Shown here: piece by piece, positions 31,106 to 40,763 of the stretch
Numbering within the stretch: the first letter of the stretch is position 1
Layout of the letters: every line of letters starts with the position of its first letter
Source of the DNA: an uncultured Methanomassiliicoccales archaeon
Lineage (GTDB): Archaea; Thermoplasmatota; Thermoplasmata; Methanomassiliicoccales; UBA472
Assembly: GCA_963710685.1 (NCBI GenBank)
Contig: CAVQBH010000015.1
Span: forward strand, 11,601 to 75,600
DNA length: 64,000 bases
Reading direction: 5' to 3'
Made by a program: the position numbers and the translations under genes
Notes under the pieces: generated by a model
What the model was told of the DNA's origin: nothing
Seen by the model: the letters and a program-made list of their open reading frames with translations, nothing else
Databases searched by the model: none

Positions 31106-31636
31106 TTACGGTATCAGATCGATTTTTCTTAGCCAGTTCGTGACATCTTTGTCCGCTCGGCCGACACTGCCGCCCCGTATTGACAGGCCGGGCAGCATCC
31201 TCGCCGTTGGACATATCTTCTTGATGTCTCGTTCGCTGCTTCCCATCCCACTGCCTTCATTGGTGCAATATGGGGCAATGGTCTTTCCGGATAAATCATA
31301 CGACTCCAAGAACGTACATACCGCCATCGGCAACGTTCCCCACCAGTTCGGATAACCGAGAATGATCACATCATAAGAATCCATATCGTCTACCCTTTCT
31401 GTGAGCTCAGGCCTGGCGTTTTGGCTCTTTTCTTCCTGCGCTACGTTTGTTGTTTCTGTGTAATCTTCCGGATAGGGCTTTACCGTCTTGATCTTGAAAA
31501 TGTCGCTTCCGGTTATTTTCTCTAGTTTCTTAGCAATTACCTCTGTATTTCCTACCTGCAGGTCTACGATGCTCCCGTCCAGATAATTTTTTCCATTGCG
31601 TGAAAAATATGCTATCAGTTTCTTCGAATTCGCCAT
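31106..31636 (-). CDS. Flavodoxin-family protein
   Basis: KKLIAYFSRNGKNY..., VIILGYPNWWGTLPMAV. It is visibly AT-richer than the surrounding genes. Confidence 0.8.
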   Translation of the reverse strand: MANSKKLIAYFSRNGKNYLDGSIVDLQVGNTEVIAKKLEKITGSDIFKIKTVKPYPEDYTETTNVAQEEKSQNARPELTERVDDMDSYDVIILGYPNWWGTLPMAVCTFLESYDLSGKTIAPYCTNEGSGMGSSERDIKKICPTARMLPGLSIRGGSVGRADKDVTNWLRKIDLIP

Positions 31637-31663
31637 TTTCCCTTCACTCCAATAGATTATTTC

Positions 31664-31996
31664 CTAGTAATTCTCCTTTGAGAACAGATCTTTTGCTACC
31701 ATGATGGCGGACACTGCCTTCGGCCATCAGGCGTAGAATGCAAGATGGGTGATCACTTCGATGAGCTCCTCCTGCGAAATGCCGTTTTCAATCGCCTTGT
31801 TCAAATGAGACGGAAGCTGTGCGGTGTTTCCGTCAGTTATTAAGGCAGAAACGGTGACCAGGCTGCGATCACGGGGAGAAAGTTCCTTTCGCTCCCAAAT
31901 ATCTCCGAATACCACGTCGTCGGTAAGTTCAACCAGCTTAGGGGCAAAATCCCCTAACATTTTCCGTGCCTCAGAAATCTCTTGTGATCTTGACAT
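31664..31996 (-). pseudogene. Carboxymuconolactone decarboxylase (AhpD-like) family protein with an in-frame TGA at 31727-31729
   Basis: ELSPRDRSLVTVSALITDGNTAQLPSHLNKAIENGISQEELIEVITHLAFYA-[TGA]-WPKAVSAIMVAKDLF. The family consensus at the stop position is ..AFYAGWP.., so GGA appears to have become TGA. Confidence 0.8.
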
Positions 31997-32194
31997 TGTT
32001 ATTGCTCCTTTCCTCTAAACGAGGTGAAATTAACCTGTCCCGACCAGAGTCGGAATTGGGTCTCACTAACTTCCATGCCATCCCTCTGTTGCCAGGGTGA
32101 CTGAAGATGGGAACGGGATACGATTGGAGTGTACAGTACAAATAAACAGTACAAACAGAAATGTCACATACATACAATCGTGATACGGTCCGTC

Positions 32195-32554
32195 ATGTCA
32201 GAAAGACCCATGTTCAACTGGGGGATCGAAGCGGCCCTTGACGCCGTCGGCGGCAAATGGAAGCCCCTGATACTCTACGCATTGAAGAACGGGACCCTTC
32301 GGTTCAGTCAGGTACAGAACCAGGTAAAGCCGAGCATCACTCAACGCATGCTGACGAAACAGCTACGTGAGCTTGAAAAGGATGGGCTTATCACACGGTA
32401 TGCATATCCACAGATCCCTCCAAAGGTCGAGTACTCCCTCACCGAGAATGGCAGATCCATCATTCCTATCCTGGATTTGCTGTGTGAATGGGGCGAAGAG
32501 CATATGGGTGAACGCATAACGTTCTGGTGTGATGAAAAGGATGGCAAGTCCTAG
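32195..32554 (+). CDS. HxlR-family winged-helix transcriptional regulator
   Basis: ALDAVGGKWKPLILYALKNGTLRFSQVQNQVKPSITQRMLTKQLRELEKDGLITR..PPKVEYSLTENG. The start is taken at MSERPMF. Confidence 0.9.
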   Translation: MSERPMFNWGIEAALDAVGGKWKPLILYALKNGTLRFSQVQNQVKPSITQRMLTKQLRELEKDGLITRYAYPQIPPKVEYSLTENGRSIIPILDLLCEWGEEHMGERITFWCDEKDGKS

Positions 32555-32699
32555 ACCCGAATTGGTGACATGATTCGGAGAATATCAGCGAACCGATTCT
32601 AATGGTCAACACCATTCCTTCCATCCAATAAAGGATACTGAAAGGGTCGGGTCAGTTACTTCTGGATTGAACTTCAGACCTGTCCAGATGGCCCGAGAA

Positions 32700-32718
32700 T
32701 TCGAATCCCGAAACCGCA
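32700..32718 (+). repeat. Degenerate direct copy of the 3' end of tRNA-Gly (candidate att remnant)
   Basis: TTCGAATCCCGA-AACCGCA compared with the tRNA's 26176-26195 TTCGAATCCCGA-CACCTGCA: 12 of 12 match exactly, then one substitution and one deletion. Same orientation, and there is no 5' half to form a T stem. Confidence 0.4.
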
Positions 32719-32745
32719 TTTCAGATGAACTTGAATGGATCGACC

Positions 32746-33000
32746 TTACGATCTTAGGAATTCCTTGAGCTGGCTCTCAATCATGTTCCAGCTGGTGAGA
32801 AATGGTTTCTCGGTGATCGTTACCAAAAGGATGCCGCCGTTCACCGTGTAAGAACCGATCAATCTCCCTCCCAGTATCTTTCCCGAGAACTTGCCTCTGG
32901 TCCCGTCCCCGACGAACTTCACCCCTCGCTCGGCGGCTATTTTCCTGGCTTGTTTCAGTTTCTCCTCTGGATCCCCTTTCAGTTTGATCTCGTATTGCAT
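32746..33000 (-). CDS. Small hypothetical protein (84 aa)
   Basis: MQYEIKLKGDPEEKLKQARKIAAERGVKFVGDGTRGKFSGKILGGRLIGSYTVNGGILLVTITEKPFL.... It loosely recalls the small 'polyhydroxyalkanoic acid system' family, but that is unverified. Confidence 0.45.
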   Translation of the reverse strand: MQYEIKLKGDPEEKLKQARKIAAERGVKFVGDGTRGKFSGKILGGRLIGSYTVNGGILLVTITEKPFLTSWNMIESQLKEFLRS

Positions 33001-33284
33001 GGTTGCGGACGTCCATTAATTTCAAATTCAAGATTATATATTATTGCATCTCGCGGTTGGGCAGGACCTGCTCCATTCCATCACAATCCACTGGTGGGGC
33101 TGACCCAGGCTAGCTGATCGCACCCGACCGACCCTTCTTGGATACGAATCGAAATTGGACACTTGTCAAAACAACGATACGTTTCCCGAGCATTTGATCG
33201 GAATCAATAATCAGAATGATGATGATACATTCTTAACTGCAATATTTTCATAGTCAGGCACAAGAATGGATAAATGGAATTGTC

Positions 33285-35846
33285 ATGATTAGCGCGATCC
33301 TCTTAACTCTCGTGATTTCAGGGTTAATAATGATCGCCGTTGGTGTCTATTCACGTAGCCACAGGGCGATCCCAGCCCAGCTTCCGTTCGAATTAATGGT
33401 TTATCTCATTGCGATCTGGTGCCTTTTATTTGCGGCCGTGGGCATTCTGGACGACCCGGCCGCTAAACTCATGGCATTTCAGGCCGTCTTGACAATAGTT
33501 GCGTTGGTCCCAGTGGTCACCTTCCTTACCATCGTCTGGCTATTCGGACTCCAGAAATCCTTCACCAGATTCAGGATAGCGTGCCTGTTCGTGATCCCAG
33601 TGCTGATGATCGTGATCGATGCGACCAACGGCCTCACCTCCTGGTTCATCACCGGCTCACGTATCATCGACACGGCCGGGTTCTCCTCGCTAGCATTGGA
33701 CTACGGACCGGCATTCTTCATCCATACCGCGTATTCCTACGTGATGATAATGGCCACTCTAGCCTTGCTCGTCTGGCATACCATCCGCAATTCCGGGGTG
33801 TATCGCTGGAGGGACATCATAGTCCTGGTCGGCTTCACGATACCGTTCCTCGGCAATGCGATCGTCATATCGGGAGAATCCGGAGGCTTCGATTTCACTC
33901 CCATCCTTTTCGTCTCCACGGGACTGGCACTTGCCTATGCCCTGTTCCGGTACCAGATACTCAGCCTGATGCCGGTGGCACGGGGGGTCATCATGGACAT
34001 TTCGTCCGACCTCATGCTGGTTCTCGACCGGAACGGCAAGCTGGTCGATCTCAACCCCAAGGCCATGTCGTTGGCGGGGCTTTCCAGCCATTCCATCGGA
34101 CAAGATGCCGATACCGCCTTCAAAGAGAACAAGCCCATACTCGAAATATTGGACGGGGCGGGATCGGATGACCGGGCGGTGGTGCTGAAAACTAGCTCGG
34201 GCAACAGGTACTTCGATTGCCAAGTGGATAAGATGAAGGACAGCGGAGGACAGCCCATTGGCAAGGTGATCATCCTCAGGGACATCACCTCCAACAAGAT
34301 CGCACAGGATGCCCTGAAGGAGAGCGAGGAGCGCTATCGGGCCATCTTTGACCAGTTCCTCGGTTCTTTCTTCGTGGTCGATCTGGCCGACGGATCGGTC
34401 CTACAGGCCAATCAATCTTTTTGCCATTTCTTCGGGTATGAGGACGATAAGGTCGCCGGATTGAGGGTGAACGATATCCCTTCCATCGACCCCTCGGTCA
34501 TCGAAAAAGTAATGAGCGCCGTCCGTCAGGGAGGCCACCTGGTCATCGAGACGACCGCCTCTCGGATCGATGGGAAATTGATCAATCTTGAGATCTCTGC
34601 CAGCCCCATCCGTTACGGGGGCAAGGACGCGGTATGCGTGATGGGATGGGATGTCACGGAAAGACGTCAGGCGGAGGCAGACCGGGAGAGGATAGAGAAA
34701 CTTGAAGCAACTGGGACCCTAGCTGGCGGTATCGCCCATGACTTCAACAACCTGCTGACCAGCGTGCTTGGGTACGTCTCCCTGACCAAACAGAGGACGG
34801 AACGGGGGACGGAGACGTACAAAGGACTGCAGGAAGCGGAGATGGCGATCATGCAGGCCAAGGAGATAGCACAGGAGCTCTTGTCCCTGGCCAAAGGCGG
34901 GTCGCCGATCAGGAAGCCGGTCTCGATCCCGGAATTGCTGAAGGTCTCCTCCAACCATCCTTTCCTCAACAGCAACGTACGCTGCCACCTCAATCTGCCT
35001 GCAGGATTGTGGCTGGCGAACGTCGACCCTGGTCAGATGGGCCGGGTGTTCACAAATCTTTTCCTCAATGCCAAGGATGCAATGCCCCAGGGCGGGACGG
35101 TGGATGTTACCGTGTCCAACATCATGGCAGGCCCGACCTACAACCCAACACTTGAGCCTGGCCGATATCTTGAGATCGTCATCAAAGATGAGGGAAATGG
35201 CATCCCGAAGGACGTCCTGCCAAAGATATTCGAGCCATATTTCACCACCAAGGTCAAGGGATATGGGCTCGGACTGTCGGTGGTCTACGCCACTGTGACC
35301 AGGCACAATGGCAGCATTGATGTGGAATCTGAGGAAGGACAGGGAACGACATTCCGGATCTGCCTTCCGGTGACCGATGAACAGCCGACGGAAAGCGTGG
35401 AGGAGGAGGCGGTGATCTCCGAGGGCCACGGCCGGATCCTGGTCATGGATGATGAAGAATACGTGCTGGATGTCGTCACCGAACTACTAACGGCGCTCGG
35501 CTATGAGGTGGGAGTGGCAAGGGATGGGGTTGAGGCGATCAAGGAGTACGAACAGGCATTGAACGCCGGACAGAGATACGACGTGGTCCTGGTGGATCTT
35601 ACCAACGCTAGGGGGATGGGAGGAAAGGATGCCGTTGCTGGCCTGCTCGCCATCGATGGTTCCGCCCGGGCCATTGTCTCATCGGGATATTCGAACGACC
35701 CGGTGATGGCCGATTACTCGAAGTACGGGTTTGTGGGAGTCCTTCCCAAACCCTATAAGATGGAAGAGCTGGCGATGGCCATCAAACAGACAATGGCTAA
35801 AGACGATCTTTTGAACCATAGAGAAAGACCGAAAGGGAAGGCTTAG
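33285..35846 (+). CDS. Hybrid sensor histidine kinase: 7TM N-terminal domain, PAS domains, HisKA/HATPase and a C-terminal receiver
   Basis: About 230 aa of polytopic N-terminus, two PAS-like units, GGIAHDFNNLLTSVLG (H-box), GTVDVTVS...GYGLGLSVV (N/G boxes), and a REC domain (ILVMDDEEYV...VVLVDLTNARGMGG). Confidence 0.9.
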   Translation: MISAILLTLVISGLIMIAVGVYSRSHRAIPAQLPFELMVYLIAIWCLLFAAVGILDDPAAKLMAFQAVLTIVALVPVVTFLTIVWLFGLQKSFTRFRIACLFVIPVLMIVIDATNGLTSWFITGSRIIDTAGFSSLALDYGPAFFIHTAYSYVMIMATLALLVWHTIRNSGVYRWRDIIVLVGFTIPFLGNAIVISGESGGFDFTPILFVSTGLALAYALFRYQILSLMPVARGVIMDISSDLMLVLDRNGKLVDLNPKAMSLAGLSSHSIGQDADTAFKENKPILEILDGAGSDDRAVVLKTSSGNRYFDCQVDKMKDSGGQPIGKVIILRDITSNKIAQDALKESEERYRAIFDQFLGSFFVVDLADGSVLQANQSFCHFFGYEDDKVAGLRVNDIPSIDPSVIEKVMSAVRQGGHLVIETTASRIDGKLINLEISASPIRYGGKDAVCVMGWDVTERRQAEADRERIEKLEATGTLAGGIAHDFNNLLTSVLGYVSLTKQRTERGTETYKGLQEAEMAIMQAKEIAQELLSLAKGGSPIRKPVSIPELLKVSSNHPFLNSNVRCHLNLPAGLWLANVDPGQMGRVFTNLFLNAKDAMPQGGTVDVTVSNIMAGPTYNPTLEPGRYLEIVIKDEGNGIPKDVLPKIFEPYFTTKVKGYGLGLSVVYATVTRHNGSIDVESEEGQGTTFRICLPVTDEQPTESVEEEAVISEGHGRILVMDDEEYVLDVVTELLTALGYEVGVARDGVEAIKEYEQALNAGQRYDVVLVDLTNARGMGGKDAVAGLLAIDGSARAIVSSGYSNDPVMADYSKYGFVGVLPKPYKMEELAMAIKQTMAKDDLLNHRERPKGKA

Positions 35847-36194
35847 GCTAGAACCCGTATCGCTCCAGTCATTTCACCAAGGAAACCATTCGTTCGTGAA
35901 TTGTGGCCAGGAATTCTCCCCCTCTAAACGGTCCGCGAAGTATCCAGCTTCGCATCTTGCACTTGTTTTGCTCAATGGTTCTTGACCGGTCGGGAACCGA
36001 CCGATAATGCATTTTACGCCCAGCTGGCGTACTTCGACGCTTGCCTATTGCTCTCATCGGAACTTCATTCCGGCAAAACGCCATTTGGGAGGGGACTGGA
36101 TTAGTCCAGCGATACTGATGAGGGAGGGGGAGATGATTCGTGCGTCAAGGATTGACTCTTGAGTTAATTGTTTAGGATCAGGAAAATTAAGGGT

Positions 36195-36226
36195 AAGGCG
36201 GGAGAACGGGGCAGAACTCCCGCCTT
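36195..36226. other. Strong 10-bp stem hairpin in a gene-free gap
   Basis: AAGGCGGGAG-(12 nt)-CTCCCGCCTT is read directly, and TTAAGGGTA at 36187 can also pair with TACCCTTAA at about 36340. Confidence 0.4.
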
Positions 36227-36431
36227 GGGATGGTTGTTCAGATGAAAGGGATGGGCCGATGCATCCTCCCCTGGTTTGGTTATAGAGCTTCGGACCCCGT
36301 GCACCTTCCGCGCACGCCTTCTTGAATCATGATAGGCAACCTACCCTTAAATACCGGAGCGCCAGAGGTGAGCGAAAGTACTACCCTTAGAAATATATGC
36401 TGGCAAGAAGGAATTGGGACCGAAAGTGGAC

Positions 36432-38192
36432 CTAAGCGGATTTCCGCTTGTGCCTGATCCGGACCGCTTCCCCCTTGACACTGTCCGCCATCTCCTCGCC
36501 GTTCATTGTCGCCACCCCGACAGCTTCCACCTTCCCTTTCCGCATCACGATGGCCTCGTCGCCGATGCGAATGTCCGGGTCAGCGCTCTCCACGCCTACT
36601 GCGAACAGGTTGCCAGTCATGTCGAAGTCCTTCATGTGCACCAGGAACTTGCCTGATGCGGCGATCCTTTCAGCCCCGTCTATGGTGAGGGATATCATGC
36701 CCCGGTCCGGGGTCAGCATGCCCATCTGGGTCCTGCCGGACATGAAACGCGAATAGGGATAACTGCCAGACACATCGCACCCCTCGGTCAACGCTGCCCC
36801 CACTTCCCCGAACTGGAAGATCGCCGACGACCTCATCGAACTGGTTCGGTCAACGCCCCGCGGGACCCGGGGATACTCGTCACAATACTTCTGCAGAACC
36901 GCATAGAGATTGTCCAGCGAGTCCTTCGACGTGCAACTGGCGGTCTTGGTCGTGTCCACGTACTCGTCCAGCACCGGCAGCACGAACTCGCTCTCGTCCC
37001 CCAGGTGGCAGATGATGTGGTCATACCCGAACGAAACGATACGCTTCACCATCTCCTGCACCATGGCCACCTCTTCCCGGTCCCAGTGTCCAGTGACCGG
37101 GATGTCATACTGGGCCGCGGGATAGAACAGCTCCAGCTCGCGGGGCACGGCACCCAGCGGGGAAGTGATAATGACCTCGTGGATGACATCGAAGTTGCTC
37201 ACCGCGGTCAGCACCCGCTTGAACGCCTGGTGGCTCTTTGAGGAGAAGTAAGGCTTCTTGGCCGAGCACGGGATGAGCAGGAGGACCTTCTTGTCCGCCG
37301 GGCGGACGTAGCGCTCCATGATCCGCTTCCGGTATCGCATGATGTCGGGCCGGCTGAGCGACTCCTTGGCATTGCAATAGAATCGAGGGCCGATGACCGG
37401 GAAATACTTCTCCTGGAAGTCATAGTGGCTCTCATCGAATAGGCGCAGCGCAGAGACCAGCCAGGGCGATCCATGGATGCGCATCTCCACCAGTTCTCGG
37501 AGGCGTTGCTTGTCGATCATGTGGCGGACCAGCTGCAGCTCTCGGGCGGCGTTATCCAGACTGAGAGCGAAGGCCTCGGACGGTTTCGTCGCCCCGACCC
37601 ACTTCGAGTCCCTGGAGGAGATCGCTCCCTCGGCCATGCTGACCTCCATCCTGGAAGATCGATACTGGAGCAGAGAAGTGTCGAACAGGTCGACGCCCAT
37701 GTAGGTCAGGAGCGCCAGGTTGCTGACGTCCATCATGCCGGGGGCGTAGACCAGCCGTTTGTGTCCCGCACCGCCTCGCAGGGCCACCATGGCGGCGGCG
37801 AACTGACGTGCGTCCCTTCTGTACTCGAACGCGTTGCCCAGAGCCACGATCTCCGCCTCGGACGATTTCACCTGATCGGCGATGGCACCCGGATCACCCC
37901 TCACTACGGAGATACCAGTACCATCGATAATCCCGAAGTCGGTGCGGCCCCCGCGCATCTGGGAAAGCGGCGGATAGAAACCGTGCGGGACCAGAATATC
38001 AGCATTGTCCGGCCCAATCGCGGCATGCAGGCTGTGTGAGTCTCCATGGTTCGTGAAAACGAGGTCGTACCCGCTGGGCAGGGGAATCGACGGATCCCCG
38101 GTGTAGATAACATTGGGAGTGAGCGCCTTGAACGATGACGCGGTCCACCTTGCACTTCGTCCGACACCGGAACGGCCCAGCACCTCGAGCAT
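36432..38192 (-). CDS. arcS: Archaeosine synthase ArcS (TGT-like N-domain, DUF5591 and PUA)
   Basis: 586 aa with LLIPCSAKKPY (DUF5591 signature) and a C-terminal PUA-like region (LFAVGVESADPDIRIGDEAIVMRKGKVEAVGVATM). Confidence 0.8.
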   Translation of the reverse strand: MLEVLGRSGVGRSARWTASSFKALTPNVIYTGDPSIPLPSGYDLVFTNHGDSHSLHAAIGPDNADILVPHGFYPPLSQMRGGRTDFGIIDGTGISVVRGDPGAIADQVKSSEAEIVALGNAFEYRRDARQFAAAMVALRGGAGHKRLVYAPGMMDVSNLALLTYMGVDLFDTSLLQYRSSRMEVSMAEGAISSRDSKWVGATKPSEAFALSLDNAARELQLVRHMIDKQRLRELVEMRIHGSPWLVSALRLFDESHYDFQEKYFPVIGPRFYCNAKESLSRPDIMRYRKRIMERYVRPADKKVLLLIPCSAKKPYFSSKSHQAFKRVLTAVSNFDVIHEVIITSPLGAVPRELELFYPAAQYDIPVTGHWDREEVAMVQEMVKRIVSFGYDHIICHLGDESEFVLPVLDEYVDTTKTASCTSKDSLDNLYAVLQKYCDEYPRVPRGVDRTSSMRSSAIFQFGEVGAALTEGCDVSGSYPYSRFMSGRTQMGMLTPDRGMISLTIDGAERIAASGKFLVHMKDFDMTGNLFAVGVESADPDIRIGDEAIVMRKGKVEAVGVATMNGEEMADSVKGEAVRIRHKRKSA

Positions 38193-38708
38193 AACGCTCT
38201 GATGCGGCCCCCGGATAAAACGGTTGCTATGACGAGGATGGACGATATAGGGAGACAGTTTCTGAGACTTTTCAGAAGGTGGTGACCGTATTATGATCGG
38301 GGAAGATCTTGCTGGCCCCCTTGTCAGTCGATCCCGATCACGCTCACCGGAACGGTGAGGTCAAGGACCCGTTCGCCGAGGTGCTCATTGGCGCGGACAC
38401 ACTTTGTTATCGAGGCCCACCAGCCCTCCACCAGCGCGTCGGAATGTGCTTCCGGGAGACGAAGAGCATCGAGCAGGGGCTACCATCTTGTGTGCCAGAC
38501 GATCATCCGGGATGAGCTGAGAAGCGGGCTCGAGGAGTGCGTCGAGGACCGGTACGGGCGTATGCAGCAGGCCCCGGCCAAAATCGGGCAGCAGGGGGAC
38601 GGAGGGCCAGCATATTGACGATAGTGTTTAGGACCTCCATCGAGCAACCTTGCCAGTAATTCTGCCAAGGGTAATATATGCCCACGAGGCATTACCGTTT
38701 CCGAGACC

Positions 38709-39638
38709 ATGAGCTTCAAGGGTTTGGACATCGTTTCTATCAGAGACCTTAGCCGGGAACAGATCGACACAGTCCTGGACCTTTCCGAGAAGATGATCCC
38801 CTATGCCAAGGGGGAGAAGTTCACCAAGGCCCTGGACGGCCGGATACTGGCTAACCTGTTCTTCGAGCCATCCACCCGCACAAGGATGTCCTTCGAGTCG
38901 GCCATCAGCCGGCTGCACGGCCGGTCCATCGACATGGGAGTGCCTTCGATGACCTCCATTGTCAAGGGCGAGACCCTGGCCGACACCATACGCATGGTCG
39001 AGTCCTATTCCGACGTCATCGTCCTGCGGCACCCCCATGAGGGGGCGGCCCGGCTGGCGGCAAGGTTCTCCTCGAAACCGGTCATCAATGCCGGCGACGG
39101 CGCGGGCCAGCACCCGACCCAAACGCTGCTCGACCTGTTCACCATCCGACGCTCCAAGAAGTCGATAGACGGCATCAAGGTGGCCATGGTGGGCGACCTG
39201 AAGTATGGCCGCACGGTGCACTCGCTGGCGGAAGCGCTCACGATGTTCGGGGCGGACCTGACGTTCGTGGCGCCCTCGACACTGCAGATGCCGAAGGAGA
39301 CGGTGAAGCAGGTGGAGAAGTATGGCGGGAAGCCGAAGCTCAAGACCAAGCTTTCCGAGGTCATCGGCGATGCCGATGTTCTTTATATCACCAGGATCCA
39401 GCGCGAGAGGTTCCCGGACGCGGCCGAATACCTGAAAGTGGCCGGGATGTATCGGGTGGACAATCCATTGCTCCGCGAGGCCAAGAGCGATCTGATCGTG
39501 ATGCACCCGTTGCCGCGAGTGGACGAGATCGCCCCGGAGGTCGATTCGACGCAGCATGCCAAGTATTTCGAACAGGCGTTCAACGGCGTGCCAGTAAGGA
39601 TGGCGCTGCTGAACCTGGTCCTCGGAGGTGAGCTGTAG
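38709..39638 (+). CDS. pyrB: Aspartate carbamoyltransferase catalytic subunit
   Basis: FFEPSTRTRMSFE, HPTQTLLD and HPLPR motifs. Confidence 0.97.
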   Translation: MSFKGLDIVSIRDLSREQIDTVLDLSEKMIPYAKGEKFTKALDGRILANLFFEPSTRTRMSFESAISRLHGRSIDMGVPSMTSIVKGETLADTIRMVESYSDVIVLRHPHEGAARLAARFSSKPVINAGDGAGQHPTQTLLDLFTIRRSKKSIDGIKVAMVGDLKYGRTVHSLAEALTMFGADLTFVAPSTLQMPKETVKQVEKYGGKPKLKTKLSEVIGDADVLYITRIQRERFPDAAEYLKVAGMYRVDNPLLREAKSDLIVMHPLPRVDEIAPEVDSTQHAKYFEQAFNGVPVRMALLNLVLGGEL

Positions 39639-40097
39639 ATGAAAGAGTTCAAGGTTACGCCGATCAGGAACGGGACCGTGATAGATCACATTGATTGCGG
39701 GAAGGCGCTGAAGGTCCTACGTATCATCGGACTGAAGGAGGGCAACGTGCAATCCCCGGTCTCGGTGCTCATGCACGTGCCCTCGAAGCAGGCCGGCTGG
39801 AAAGATGTGGTCAAGGTCGAGGACCGTGAGCTGGACCCCAGGGACGTGGACAAGATTGCGCTGATCTCGCCCAAGGCGACCATCAATATTATCCGCGACT
39901 TCGGAGTGGCGGAGAAGCACCAGGTCAAACTGCCGGACGTCGTTCGCGGTAAGGCCAAATGCGGCAACCCGAACTGCATCACCAATCTGAACGAGCCAGT
40001 GGAGCCTGAGTTCGTCGTCGAGTCGAAGAACCCGCCGGTGCTGCGCTGCATCTACTGCGACCGGATCGTCGAGGATATCGGGGAGAACCTGTTGTAA
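39639..40097 (+). CDS. pyrI: Aspartate carbamoyltransferase regulatory subunit
   Basis: VTPIRNGTVIDHI..., C-terminal zinc site CGNPNCIT...LRCIYCD, and a start abutting the pyrB stop. Confidence 0.95.
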   Translation: MKEFKVTPIRNGTVIDHIDCGKALKVLRIIGLKEGNVQSPVSVLMHVPSKQAGWKDVVKVEDRELDPRDVDKIALISPKATINIIRDFGVAEKHQVKLPDVVRGKAKCGNPNCITNLNEPVEPEFVVESKNPPVLRCIYCDRIVEDIGENLL

Positions 40098-40177
40098 TCC
40101 ATGCCATATCTCCAGACCGATCTCTCAACCGGAATGTGGAGCATGGAATGGTTCGGGATCTGTTAAAGATAGAACAG

Positions 40178-40195
40178 GAAAGGGATCGCCCTTTC
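40178..40195. terminator. Bidirectional hairpin between the convergent pyrI and roadblock genes
   Basis: GAAAGGG-ATCG-CCCTTTC is a perfect 7-bp stem. Confidence 0.5.
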
Positions 40196-40222
40196 TGAAA
40201 ATGGCCAGAACTTATGGATGGA

Positions 40223-40615
40223 TCAACGCAGCCAGACCAATTCTTCCTTGGTCTTGTTGGCCACGTTCTGTATCCGCGCCAGCATGCTCTCGTCGGAGAT
40301 ATCCCTGTCACAGGTCAATGCGATCATCAGGCTCTGGGACAGTTCCCAGACAAATATCTTCTTGGTCTTGTACACGCCAATGACATATTCCAGCCTCTCC
40401 TTCTTGGGTTCGACCCTGGAGGATTCGGCGGAACTGAATATCACGGAGATCATGGCCGAGAACATCTCTGGTTTGGCGGGCAGTCTGGATGGATCTCCTG
40501 TGATGATGAGGCCGCTCTTGGATACGACCGAGACGCTCTCGATCTTCTGGTCCTTCCCGAACTCAGCATTGATTATCTCGTCAAGAACATTCTCGACCGA
40601 TTTCGTTCCCTGCAA
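40223..40615 (-). CDS. Roadblock/LC7 (MglB-like) domain protein
   Basis: 130 aa. IESVSVVSKSGLIITGD...EMFSAMISVIFSSAESS...KIFVWELSQSLMIALTCD fits the roadblock alpha-beta pattern. Confidence 0.8.
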   Translation of the reverse strand: MQGTKSVENVLDEIINAEFGKDQKIESVSVVSKSGLIITGDPSRLPAKPEMFSAMISVIFSSAESSRVEPKKERLEYVIGVYKTKKIFVWELSQSLMIALTCDRDISDESMLARIQNVANKTKEELVWLR

Positions 40616-40763
40616 TCGTATACCTCCGAAAATCCCCTAGACCTTTCTCAGTCAGATAGCATATCCCATTTCCATTTAATATGTTTCCGTCATTTCTATG
40701 TTTTATAGAATTGAGACGCTGGAGAACAATTAATATCTCCGGCTTAAGTTCGAGGTCGTCAAC

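Noticed and set aside
31727-31729. TGA at a conserved Gly position in the CMD-family gene: is this a UGA=Gly genetic code, or selenocysteine?
   Set aside because: TGA is the most common bona fide stop codon among the confident genes in this window. The residue expected is Gly, not Cys/Sec, and I saw no SECIS-like hairpin. A single GGA-to-TGA substitution is the simpler explanation.
35869-36084. 71-aa basic ORF (minus strand) downstream of the histidine kinase, possibly a transposase or DNA-binding remnant.
   Set aside because: There is no recognisable family motif, and I could not identify terminal inverted repeats. It is mentioned in the gap finding but not called as a gene.
36108-36170. 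Possible C/D-box sRNA (CTGATGA at about 36112 and ATGATT at about 36133).
   Set aside because: No canonical CUGA D or D' boxes lie at the required spacing on either strand. There are only TTGA variants, so the layout does not fit C-D'-C'-D.
36085-36431. RNase P RNA or SRP (7S) RNA in the kinase-arcS gap.
   Set aside because: I could not find the conserved RNase P CR-I/CR-V strings (GAGGAAAGUCC.., ACAGAA..) or a convincing SRP helix-8 motif by eye. The region is kept only as an unclassified structured-RNA candidate.
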